From Eledone cirrhosa (lineage: Eukaryota): a stretch of 64,000 nt of DNA. The number at the start of each line of letters is the position of its first letter. The stretch's first letter is position 1. This document shows, piece after piece, positions 27,001 through 38,224 of the stretch. Both the position numbers and the translations under genes were made by a program. The stretch is taken from the NCBI GenBank assembly GCA_964016885.1, contig OZ024742.1:42036001-42100000 (forward strand), in the 5' to 3' direction. Below the pieces are notes generated by a model. It saw nothing but the letters and a program-made list of their open reading frames with translations. It was not told the DNA's origin and ran no database searches.

Positions 27001-27420
27001 GAAGTTGATAGCACATGCAAAAAGGAATAAAAAAATTTTATCTAACATAAATCAAAGTGGAAATTTAAATCCTCACCACAGCACATTAATCTACCCCAAT
27101 CCACACTATAACCATACTTCACCATATGGTAAATTTATTACAGAACACTTACTCCTACCATTTACATCAAACCAATGCTCGCAGTTGACTATTTTTTTCA
27201 CATATTATGAATGAATATAACTTTGAAACCTATCGTCAATGATTAGCTTTGTAGAAAAATGAAGGCAGAAAGTGGGTGGAAAAACCATTCACAAAGCTAG
27301 TCATTTTTAATTGCAGTGGAAATCATATTTGTTGTTAATATGCTAAAGAAATAGTCAATTGCAAGCATTTTGGAGGTCAGATTAGTTGATAGGACATAAA
27401 AAAACAAAGAAAACAAATAT
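24100..27420. repeat. Complex satellite (subunits of roughly 170-200 bp, irregular higher-order units with an internal palindrome)
   Basis: Recurrent CACCATACTACATCACACC and ATGACATGGAAACCT. GAGGGAGGATG landmark at about 24703, 25610 and 26890. Confidence 0.85.
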
Positions 27421-27572
27421 TGTCTATATGTTCCTGTGGAAAGTCGGGGCTTCTGTATTACTGTGTGACGCCAGAGGTCATGGTCGTGTGTCATTGCCCT
27501 TGAGAGGTGCAATTAGGAAAGGTCGGCTTAGAAATATTTACTTTTGCGTTCACAGATTGATTTTTTTTTTTT

Positions 27573-27624
27573 AGTTTCAGAAGATCCAATTAAGGGTGAA
27601 AGCAGCCGATTCTTTGCTTAAACT
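27573..27624 (+). ncRNA. Hammerhead-like variant (CAGAAGA core)
   Basis: AGTTT-CAGAAGA-TCCAATTAAGGGT-GAAA-GCA(10 nt)TGC-TT-AAACT. Confidence 0.4.
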
Positions 27625-27946
27625 TTAATCTGTTATTTTAATAAATATTTGCTCTACGGTTCTTATATAATTGATATATATTTATCCCATATCGAGCCCT
27701 CTTTGGATTTTAGTCTTCATATGTATTATTATTACTATATAAGATACATACATATATACATACATACATATATACACATATATATATATGTATGTGTATA
27801 TATGTATGTATGTGTATGTATGTGTATATATATGTATGTATATGTATGTATGTGTATGTATGTGTATATATGTATGTATGTGTATATATATATATATATG
27901 TATATATACAGTTGAAAATTACAAACTTGACTGTCACCACATATTA

Positions 27947-27985
27947 TGAACCTGAAGATTGCGAAAGCATGAAAGTACTTGTTCA
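27947..27985 (+). ncRNA. Minimal type I hammerhead ribozyme (Penelope-associated type)
   Basis: Stem I TGAAC/GTTCA, core CTGAAGA, stem II TGC-GAAA-GCA with a U.U closing pair, GAAA, palindromic stem III AGTACT. Predicted cleavage after CUU at 27980. Confidence 0.8.
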
Positions 27986-28072
27986 ATTAATGGTAATAAC
28001 AGTGATGATGATGATGACGGTGCTAGTATTGGTTAGTGATGATGATGATGTAACAGAACTTAGATTACTTAC

Positions 28073-28177
28073 ATCTGTATCAGGTTGAAAAGGTACAGTA
28101 GAAAAGTAAGTTGGTGTGCTGTAGGTGCGACCGAGTTTCAGGTTACGGAACCGGTTCGACATACGACTCCACCAGGC
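28073..28177 (-). CDS. ANKS6: ANKS6 coding exon 7
   Basis: AWWSRMSNRFRNLKL...; ctacag acceptor, gtaagt donor; 105 nt, phase 0-0. Confidence 0.85.
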
Positions 28178-28825
28178 CTGTAGATTTGGTAGAAGGAAAC
28201 AAGACTTTAGAAGAGGCAACCATTTTAAAGAATGTTGACATTTATCAAGATAACTGGAACTCATTAACAACAAAAGACAAGTTTAAACTTTATAACACCT
28301 ACAATTATCTATATCAAGGTAAAAAATTATTTATTGGTCATACATACATATACACATACGATAGGCCTCCGTCATGAATGACCAAGGGTTTTACACCTCG
28401 AATGTTCCCCTTCGTGGTAGAAGCAGTCAGCCATAGACATGCTAGTCTTCCCTCTCCACTGATATTGTCCAAGGGAAAGGCAAAAACCAATAAAGTTTGG
28501 TTCAAGTGTGGTCACAAGTTCATATACTACATATACACCATATATGATGTTAAATATACACTATATAATATATATATATATATACAAGATACATATATGT
28601 GATGCCATATATACACAATCTACATAATTCTATGATGTTATGTATACACTATATATATATTATGTATACACCATATATATATCATCATTGTTTTTGATGT
28701 CCACTTTTCCAAGGTGGCATGGGTTGGATGTCCTTTCAAGAACCAATCCTTTTAGTTGCCCCTTACAACACGTAGGAATATTTTGAAGAATCAGTAAATT
28801 GAAGACAAAATATGATGGAACTTAC

Positions 28826-28853
28826 TCTTAAACCATTTCGCGAATGGTCTTCA
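28826..28853 (-). CDS. ANKS6: ANKS6 coding exon 6 (28-nt microexon, SEDHSRNGLR)
   Basis: tttatttcag acceptor, gtaagt donor. It bridges phase 2 to phase 0 exactly and supplies GLR before AWW. Confidence 0.8.
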
Positions 28854-29184
28854 CTGAAATAAACAAAAATAAATATAGTTTTAAATATTTAACACTATCC
28901 CATGAAGAATGTAGTGAGGAGGAAGGGAGAAAGACTAGAGGATAATAAACACATACATAATATAGGCTACCTTCTGTCAATAGACACACACACACACACA
29001 CACACACACATAACATAGGCTACCTTTGGTCAATACAGACACACACACATAACGTAGGCTACCTTTGGTCATCAATGACTAGGGGTCTACACCTATAAAG
29101 TTCCTCTTTGAGGCTCAAATGCTGCCAAGGTGTTTTTGTAGAAGACCAGTAGTCTCTCAAAATTTCTAGAACTATCAGAGCTCC

Positions 29185-29575
29185 TGTAAATTTGTGATTT
29201 GCGTTGAGCATTCCATCCCCTGTAAATATGTGATTTACTAGACCTATTCCAGCCTCTGTAAATATGTGATTTACTAGACCTATTCCATCCCCTGTAAATA
29301 TGTGATTTACTAGACCTATTCCATCCCCTGTAAATATGTGATTTACTAGACCTATTCCAGCCTCTGTAAATATGTGATTTACTAGACCTATTCCATCCCC
29401 TGTAAATATGTGATTTACTAGACCTATTCCAGCCTCTGTAAATGTGTGATTTACTAGACCTATTCCAGCCTCTGTAAATGTGATTTACTAGACCTATTCC
29501 AGCCTCTGTAAATATGTGATTTACTAGACCTATTCCAGCCTCTGTAAATGTATGAATTTCCAGACCTTTCCAATT
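29185..29575. repeat. 36-bp minisatellite, about 11 copies, in an ANKS6 intron
   Basis: Unit TGTAAATATGTGATTTACTAGACCTATTCCAGCCTC. Confidence 0.95.
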
Positions 29576-29612
29576 TCCCGTGAGATGAAACAGAAAATAT
29601 TTGATGTCTTAC

Positions 29613-29733
29613 CTGAAATCTTGAACTGTACCATTTTGTTTTACCCATGATGCCTTGTTTTTCCCCTGCCGTTGATTCGATATTTTCATTGTCTTCTCGG
29701 CAAGTAGGCGCAGCAATTCTGTATCAACATCAT
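29613..29733 (-). CDS. ANKS6: ANKS6 coding exon 5
   Basis: DDVDTELLRLLAEKTMK...; tag acceptor, gtaaga donor; 121 nt, phase 1-2. Confidence 0.85.
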
Positions 29734-29741
29734 CTATAATA

Positions 29742-29962
29742 ATAATAGTTTCTGATTTAAGCACAAGGCCAACATTTTATGGGGATCGGGAAATTCGATT
29801 AAATTTACCCCAGTGCATTACTGGTGTTTTGTTTTATTGACCTCGTAAGGATGAAAAGCAAAGCTAACCTTGGTAGGATTTGAACTCAGAACATAAAGAG
29901 CTGTAACACAATGCCATAAAACATGTTGTCTGATGCTCTACCAATACTACCAATCCACCAAG
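29742..29962 (-). mobile_element. tRNA-derived SINE, family 2 (other copies 30877-31082 -, 40790-40885 +, 61664-61763 +, 63371-63575 -)
   Basis: B-box-like GAGTTCAAATCC and a conserved GCCTTTCATCCTTACG.GGTCGATAAAAT body on the coding strand. Confidence 0.7.
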
Positions 29963-30102
29963 GTTAATGACATAGTGTCTTTCATTAGAAATATGGTAAT
30001 GAAAGGGTTAATGACATAGACAGTGTCTTTCATTAGAAATATGGTAATGAAAGGGTTAATGACATAGTGTCTTTCATTAGAAATATGGTAATGAAAGGGT
30101 TA
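29961..30102. repeat. 45-49 bp tandem repeat, 3 copies
   Basis: GGTTAATGACATAGTGTCTTTCATTAGAAATATGGTAATGAAAG. Confidence 0.9.
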
Positions 30103-30126
30103 AGGAGAAGGAATAATTCCACTCAC

Positions 30127-30227
30127 CAAGTAGAGAAGCCATGTCAAATGCTGTACAACCATTCTTGGCTTGTACAGTTACTTCAGTTTTAGCATCGTTG
30201 ATGAGGAACATCGCCACAGATTTTTGT
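30127..30227 (-). CDS. ANKS6: ANKS6 coding exon 4
   Basis: QKSVAMFLIND...AKNGCTAFDMASLL; ttttcag acceptor, gtgagt donor; 101 nt, phase 2-1. Confidence 0.9.
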
Positions 30228-30629
30228 CTGAAAAGAAAGAAACACAGGAAGATTATTAAAGTTGATGATGATGAACTGGATTTCAATGCCATCATCTTTA
30301 TATCTTGTGACTATTTCTAGCAGATCTACTGACCACATAGAGGTGTTGTTAAAATTAAGGCAGAAAGCCTGCTGTGGGTCACATCTGGTTGATGATTGAA
30401 CATCTGGTTGTCTGGTCAACCATCTTTACATGGGTCACATCGTGTCTAACTGACCATCTGAATGTGTGGGTCACATCAGTAGAAGACACTTGCTCAATGT
30501 GTTAAACAGTTGACGCAAACGCCAAACCAGTTGGTTATAAGGTGACCTTCATTACCACACCAGCACTATAGGACTGGTCAGTTAGAGATGACCAGACACA
30601 CAACAACAGCATATGAAAGAAATCAGTAC

Positions 30630-30837
30630 CCATGGTAAGTTGCTTGCATCAATGCTGTCCAACCACTGATGGTATCTTGTTTGTTGGTATCACAACCGTT
30701 CTCCACTAACTGCCGAACAATATCTAACCGTCCCATCATCGCAGCAAACATAAGAGGAGTGGCTCCATCTTGTGGTGAACAAGCATCAACTTGTATCTTG
30801 TCTTCTTTCAGAATCTGAGATATCCTTTCAAGATCAC
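30630..30837 (-). CDS. ANKS6: ANKS6 coding exon 3
   Basis: GDLERI...DGATPLMFAA...GWTALMQATYHG; 208 nt, phase 1-2. Confidence 0.9.
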
Positions 30838-31160
30838 CTGAAACAAACAAAACAAAACTATAAACTCAAATCCTTTAATAATAATAGTTTCTGATTTAGG
30901 CACAAGGCCAACAATTTTTTGGGGAGGAAAGTCCACTAAATTGACCCCAGTGCATTACTGGTACTTTCTTTTATCAATCCTGTAGGAATAAAAGGCAAAG
31001 TTAACCACAACTGGATTTAAACGCAGAACTTAAAGGACTGTATGTTTAAAGCATTTTATTCCATGCTGTAATAATTCTGCCTATATATATATATATGATC
31101 ATTTATGTTATATCAGTACAACCCCTCAGTGCTCCTGAAAGATACAAAATAAAGACAAAC

Positions 31161-31205
31161 CTTGTTTAGAAGCATTTATGATGTCCGGTTTCACCTCTTC
31201 TGGAG
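31161..31205 (-). CDS. ANKS6: ANKS6 coding exon 2 (PEEVKPDIINASKQ)
   Basis: ttttgcag acceptor, G|gtttgt donor, 45 nt, phase 1-1. Confidence 0.8.
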
Positions 31206-32231
31206 CTGCAAAAGAAAAGATTAATAGTTTTTATTTTTAGTGACATCTTTAAAACATTCATGTCTCTTTTTCAAGGTCTTTGAGACTGATGGGAGGGAAG
31301 GAGTAGTGTCTTTGTCCCTTTTCTGGGCTGCTGAAACTTGTGGGAGGAAAGTAGGAAGTTACCTTTAGACCAAATACCTGGCCAAACAGATTGGACAGCA
31401 GAAAATATCCACACTTCGAATTTAAAACCAGCCACATATGTTTTGTCTGAAGATAAGACTTCAATTTGAAGTTAGTAAATTTCTCAGCCTCTTGATCTTG
31501 ACAGAAAACTGGGGACAGATTTTGGATGAGCACTTGAGAAATCTAAGTGGGTGTTGTGCTCAGTAACTGTAGATAATGGAGAACAGTGTGTGGTTCTTTG
31601 GTTGGATACCCCTACCACCAGCTCAAATAAGGCTCCACCAGCATTGTCACCCTCTGCATTCTATTTTCCCACTACATGACTGGTACTTTATTTCATTGTG
31701 TATGCCCAATGTTTTAACAATTATGTCAATGTCAAAATACAATATGACCCTTTCCACTTGTACCTTTGATATTCAGGTCAACCCTGAGTAATAGAACATG
31801 TAGGGAGTAATGGTTAGTGTTGACATATTTAATGGAAGAGACATAACAAATCTAATTCAAAAGAAGTTGGTGATGACAAACAGACAGCTCAATAACTAAT
31901 ATTATTTTTATTTTGGCCAGAAGGGGAGACAAATCTAGACAAGTCTCCATCTTGTTAGACCTCCTCAGCAAAGCATTGATTTCACTGTAATTTCTGAGGT
32001 AGAGATAAGAGGCTACATGAATAGCAAATATATGATTAGGTCCTAACTTCCCACTGGACGTCTGCTCTGGATAATCAAAGCAGGGTGGACATTGCTTAAG
32101 GAACACAAAGGGCCAAAACTTGTAGAACAACTAGCCTAAGCTACAACTAAACAACATGAAAATGATTCTTTTAAAAAGCTAGGTTGTATTGTATGTGTGT
32201 GTTTGATAATGTCAAAATTTAAATAACTTAC

Positions 32232-32905
32232 AAATTTTCGGTTTATTTTTGGTTTTCCGGTCTAAGTAGCCATGGACTTCTCGTTTTTCACGAATTTTTG
32301 CCATTTCCAGAGCGGTTCGTTCATTGATGTCGGTCAAATTAGGATCACAGCCTCTTTCAATGAGCACCTGAGCAGTGGTCATATGTCCATTCTGAGCAGC
32401 TGCCATTAACACCGTAAGGCCATTTGACGGTGTCCAGCAGAAGTCTCAGAACAGAATCATGACCGTTTTGGGCAGCAGACATTAATGGTGTTATCTCACA
32501 GTCCTTCCCAGATCTGTTATGCTCGACACCAGCATCTAGAAGCATCCGTACAACTTGGAGATGGCCGCCACGAGCAGCAATCGTCAGTGCAGAAGCTCCG
32601 AGTCTATTCAGGGCATTATAGTCGGCTTTATTTTGTAATAGTAAGGCCACAACATTAGTATGTCCATGACGACATGCTTGCATCAGAGGCGTCCAACCGG
32701 CCATGTTGGGTTTATCTAAAGCAGCCCCTCGCATCAACAGAAGTCGAACCACTTGTTCTTGTCCATTTGCAGCTGCCATTTCTAAGGCAGTAATTTCATC
32801 GTCGTCCACATCATCAACCTGTACGAATCCTTGATCCAACAGGTTGAGAATAACGTGAACCTCTCCATGTTCACAAGCACTCAGAAGTTGGCGGAATCTA
32901 TCCAT
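32232..32905 (-). CDS. ANKS6: ANKS6 coding exon 1 (ankyrin repeats; frameshift at about 32430)
   Basis: Start accATGG with an in-frame upstream stop. ORFs 32357-32905 and 32212-32412 are consecutive ankyrin repeats in different frames. Donor T|gtaagt. Confidence 0.9.
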
Positions 32906-33669
32906 GGTCCACCATTACAACCCATCACCCTTCCATCAGACATTCCGCCTTTTCCAATTGATAAAAAAAAAAGTAAAGTAAAAGAAAGTATAATAAAACC
33001 TTTCTTTCCTTATTTTTTCCCCCACCAAAATATATCTGTAATTAAACTAAATTAATCACACACCAACACCAGTGCTGTGGTAGACTTGTTGCAGACGATA
33101 ATTAACTAAATTTAATTAAAGACACTTTAGAAATATTTACATCTGTAATAATAATCAAAACAAACAGACGATCAAAGTCTTTCTAAGTTCAAACTCCGCC
33201 AATTGTCAACTCAATTTAGAATTTTTCACGATTTAACAAAGCAAAATATTAAAACTCCATCAGTTTGTTGGTCAGGAGATAACACCCTTCTCACTGACAG
33301 TTATATATTATCTATAACATCTGTTGTTATATTGTTCTATAAACAAATGTTATATAAATTACCGAGGCAGGTATTGAGTCCTCCGATACGCGTTCAATAT
33401 TTGAATTTATTAAAAAGTTTCCCAAAGAAATTCCAGAGACTTTTTTTTTTCTCTTAAAAGTAAATAATTTATTTTTATCCGCTCATCGTCGTTATGTCCC
33501 AATAATAGAAATGTCTTTGTGTAGAGGAGTCCTTTTTAAATGGAGTATTTCTTAACGATAAACATAGCGATATTACGGATATTTCATACATAAAACAGGG
33601 AGAATATTCCATTAATTGATCGATGGAAACTTTTACAAAAACTTTTCGAAACTTTTTTCTTCCTGCAAG

Positions 33670-33790
33670 TGTCCGCCATGATGGGATGTGGTGACGTCAC
33701 ACTACCCAGCATCCCACACTTCCGGTACGTGCACGTGCATTTGTGATGTAAACAACTTCAGAACAGCAATCGATACAACCAATCAGAAGA
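33670..33790. promoter_or_regulatory. Probable ANKS6 promoter motif cluster
   Basis: CCGCCAT (YY1-like), TGACGTCA 33692 (CRE), TACCCAGCATCCC (ZNF143-like), ACTTCCGG 33718 (ETS), CACGTG 33732, TGTAAACAA 33747 (forkhead) and CCAATCAG 33779, all within 120 bp. Confidence 0.6.
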
Positions 33791-36700
33791 GAGATCGAAT
33801 CAACCGTCTTGGGGGCTCGACCCGGACTCAGCCTCGTTCTGGGTCGAGCCCATAGCCGGGTCGAACTCAGAACGAGACTGAGTCCAGAACACTAACCTGA
33901 ACACTAACACTAAAACTGACATTAATACGAACATTAACCTGAACACTAACACTACCATAAACCACTAACCTGAGCACTAACACTAAAAGTAACACGAGCC
34001 CTAATCTGAAAACTAACACTAACCAGAAAACTAAGTCAACATTAACCTGAACACTAACACTAACAAAAATGCTAACACTAATACAAAATCAAACACGAAC
34101 ACTAACACAATCGCTTACGCTGACACAAACATTAACGTGAATACTGATGCAGGTGCAACGGCGAATGCTGACAAAGACTCTGACGCACACACTGATGTAA
34201 ATGCTACACAGACTCTAACGCTGATGTGGACACTGACACAAATGCTCACGCTAATGCAAACACTAAAGCAAATACAGACACTAATGCAAACACAGACGCA
34301 AATGTTGATGCAGATGTTAAAGCAAACACAAATGCTGACGCAAACGATGACAGCGATGCTAATGTGAACCTTAACGCAGACGTAAACATTGATGTAGAAG
34401 CTAAAGGAAACACTAATGAAAATGCTGACACAGATGCTAACGTAAACACTGACGCAGATGTTAATATAAAAACTGACGCAGACGCTAACATAAACGCTGA
34501 CACAGATGCGAACACACGTTGACGCAGACGCTAACGTAAATGATGACACAGACACTAATGTAAACGATGACGTAGAAGCTAACGTAAACGCTGACACAGA
34601 CGCCAATGTAAACGCTGACACAGACGCAAATGTAAATACAGACGCTGACGTAGAAGCTAACACAAACACTGACACAGACACTAATGTAAGCGCTGATGTA
34701 GATGCAGACGTAGAAGCTAATGTAAACGATGACGGAGATGTTAACGTAGAAACTGACGAGATGCTGATGTAGAAGCTAACGTAAACGCTGACGTAGAAGC
34801 TAACAAAACGCTGACGTAGTTGTTACGTAGAAGCAGGCGTAGAAGTTAGCGTTTTCCCTTACCGCCGAAGCTGATGTCCAGAACGCAATTGCTGATGCGG
34901 ATTGCTGAAGCCAAAGCCAAGCTAACGCTGACGCAAATGTTGAGGCAGTTTTTCCGGCGCTGACGCTAATGCAAATGCTGATGCGGACGCTAGGGCTGAC
35001 GCAAATGTTGAGGCAGTATTGCCGGGCGCTGACGTGTATGCTGACGCTAATGCAAATGCTGATGCGGACGCTAGGGCTAAGGCTAACACTAACGCTGACG
35101 CAAATGCTGAAGTTAACGCTTACATGGGATATGCAGACGCTGCAATGATGCGGACGCCACAGGAAAGGTTAATGGAAACGCTAATGCTAACGGAAAACGC
35201 TGACGCAGACGTTACGGAAACGCTGGCGTAGAAGCTAACGTAAACGCTGACACAGACGCTAACGTAAAAGCTGACACAGACGCTAACGTAAACACTGACG
35301 TTAACTGAAACGCTGACGCTGATGTAGATGTAAATACTGACGCTGACACAGACGCGGTCGGAAACGCTGACGTAGAAGCTAACGGAAATACTGACGTAGA
35401 AGCTAACGGAAACACTGACACAGACGCTAACGGAAATGCTGACAAAGACGTTAAAGGAAACGCTATCGCAAATGCTAATGTGAATGCTGATGCTGATGCA
35501 AATGTTAACCCCTACACAAATGCAAACGACGCTGATGCTAACACTGACTCAAACACTAATGCAAATGCTGACGTGCACGCTGATGCAAACGCTGACACTG
35601 AGGGAAATGCTGATGCAGACGCTGACGCAAATGCTGACATAGATGCTGACACTTACGCAAACACTAAAGCTAATCCAAACACTAAGGCAGATGCTAACAC
35701 CAGTCTACATAGACACTAACACAAAAGCTTACATAGACGCTTATGCAAATGCTAACAGTAAAACTTACCCTAACACTAACCCTAAATCTAACATTAATCC
35801 AGAGAAAAAAGTCATTTGCAATCACATTTAAGGTCACTCTTTAAGATATAGAAGATAGGCATTACATTTTAATGATTTTAATTTAAAGAGAATCACACTA
35901 TACAATGCAACACAATAACACACCACACCACACTAACCTACACTACACCAAAACAGATTATACCATACCTTGGTAAATTTATGATAGGTTTCCATGTTAT
36001 AACTCCACCAAACTAAACCATACCAAACTACACCAAACCAAACCACACCATAACAAACTACACCATACTACATCACACCATGCTATTAATCTCAGTGAGA
36101 ACATTTTTCTTCCTGTATTTTTTTTTTTATGTGTGTGTGTGTGTGCTTACCACCCAATCTGATATCAAAGGTGCTCACAAATGACTATTTTTTTATACGT
36201 TATGAATGTATATAACATGGAAACCTATCATTTGCAATAGGTTCCTATGTCATAACTACAATAATCCAAACCACACTAACAAACTACACCATTCTACATG
36301 ACACCATGCTTTTGATCTCAGTGTGACAAATTTTCTTCCTGTTTCTTTTTTTTTTATTGTGTGTGTTCTTACCACCCAATCTGACATCAAAGGTGTTGCA
36401 ATTGACTATTTTTCGCACATATTATCAATAATTATGACATGGAAAACTGTCGAAAATGACTAGCTTTGTAGAAAAAAGAGGGAGGATGCGGGTGGAAATA
36501 CCATTTACAAAGCTAGTCATTTTTTATTGCAGCGGAAGTCATATCTTTTGTTAATATGCTAAAAGCATAATCCACTGCGAACATCTTGGAAGTTGATAGC
36601 ACATGCAAAAATGAAGGAAACATTTTTTTTATAACATAAATCAAAGTGGAAATTTAAATCCTCACTTATAACAAAGCACACCACAGCACATTAATCTACC

Positions 36701-38224
36701 CCAATCCACACCATAAATTCACCATAACCATAGTTCACTATGGTAAATTTATTACAGAACACCTACCATTTACATCACACAATGGTATGGAGATCAATGT
36801 GACAAATTTGCTAACTGCTTCTTTTTTTTTTTGTGGTTACCACCTCAAACTAACATCAAAGGTGCTTGCAAATGACTAATTTCCCACACATTATCAATGA
36901 ATATGACATGGGAATCTATCGTTTACAATTGGTTTCCATTTCATAACTTCACCAAACCACACCATACCAAGTTACACCATACTACATCACACCAAGCTAT
37001 TGATCTTGGTGTGAAACATTTTCTTCCCGTTTCCTTTTTTTTTTTTTGTGTGTGCTTACCACCCAATCTGACATTAAAGGTGCTCCCAATTGACTATTTT
37101 TTTTCCACTTATCATTAATTATGACATGGAAACCTGTCGAAAATGACTATCTTTGTAGAAACTTCACCAAACCACACCATACTACATCACACCAAGCTAT
37201 TGATTTTGGTGTGACAAATTTTCATCTGGCAATTTTTTTTTTTTTTTGTGCTACCACCCAATTTGACATAAATGGTGCTCGCAAATTATTATTTTATGCA
37301 CATATTATCAATAGTTATGACATGGAAACCTGATGAAAATGACTAGCTTTGCAGAAAAAAGAGGGAGGATGTGGGTGGAAATACCATTTACAAAGCTAGT
37401 CATTTTTTATTGCAGCAGAAGTCATATCTTTTGTTAATATCCTAAAAGCATAATCCACTGCGAGCATCTTGGAAGTTGATAGCACATGCAAAAATGAAGG
37501 AAACATTTTTTTCCTAACATAAATCAAAGTGGAAATTTAAATCCTCACTTATAACAAAGCACACCACAGCACATTAATCTACCTCAATCCACACCATAAC
37601 CATACTTCACTATATGGTAAATTTATTACAAAACACCTACTCATACCATTTACATCACACCATGGTATGAACATCAATGTGACAAATTTGCTACCTGTTT
37701 TTTTTTTTTTTCTGGTTACCACCTCAAACTAACATCAAAGGTGCTTGCAAATGACTATTTTCCCCACACATTATCAATGAATATGACATGGGAATCTATT
37801 GTTTACAATTGGTTTCCATTTCATAACTTCACCATACCAAACCAAACCACACCATACCAAGTTACACCATACTACATCACACCAAGCTATTGATGTTGCG
37901 ATGAAACATTTTCTTCTCGTTTCTTTTTTTTGTGTGTGTGTGCTTACCCCCCAATCTGACATAAATGGTGCTCGCAAATTACTATTTTATGCACATATTA
38001 TCAATGGTTATGACATGGAAACCTGATGAAAATGACTAGCTTTGTAGAAAAAAGAGGGAGGATGTGGGTGGAAATACCATTTACAAAGCTAGTCATTTTT
38101 TATTGCAGCGGAAGTCATATCTTTTGTTAATATGCTAAAAGCATAGTGTACTGCGAGCATCTTGGAAGTTGATAGCACATGCAAAAATGAAGGAAAAATT
38201 TTTTTTCTAACATAAATTAAAGTG

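Larger units (their letters stand above)
22186..27740 (+). repeat. Long direct repeat, copy A (paralogous to 33888-40785)
   Basis: Collinear hexamer array, unique linker, satellite, RTE scrap and pLTR-like end. The terminus TTGGATTTTAGTCTTCATATGTATTATTATTACTATAT is identical in both copies. Confidence 0.9.
28073..32905 (-). pseudogene. ANKS6: ANKS6 (ankyrin repeat and SAM domain protein 6) 5' half; 7 coding exons, frameshift in exon 1 (pseudogene, null allele or assembly error)
   Basis: The spliced translation follows vertebrate ANKS6 as recalled: NRLGASALTIAARGGHLQVV, PDI, DGATPLM, GWTALMQATYHG, AKNGCTAFD, DTELLRLLA, WWSRMSNRFRNLKL. All introns are GT-AG with compatible phases. Confidence 0.8.

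Noticed and set aside
28036-28088. Plus-strand peptide DDDDVTELRLLTSV resembling ANKS6 DTELxRLL
   Set aside because: The true exon is at 29613-29733 on the minus strand. This stretch is the antisense of exon 7's donor region and looks coincidental.
29185-29575. CRISPR-like 36-bp repeats
   Set aside because: Head-to-tail units with no unique spacers, no cas genes, and a eukaryotic intron context.
32357-32440. Programmed frameshift, tiny intron or RNA editing rescuing ANKS6
   Set aside because: Coding sequence is missing rather than extra, and there is no slippery site or GT-AG pair. A-to-I editing cannot restore frame.
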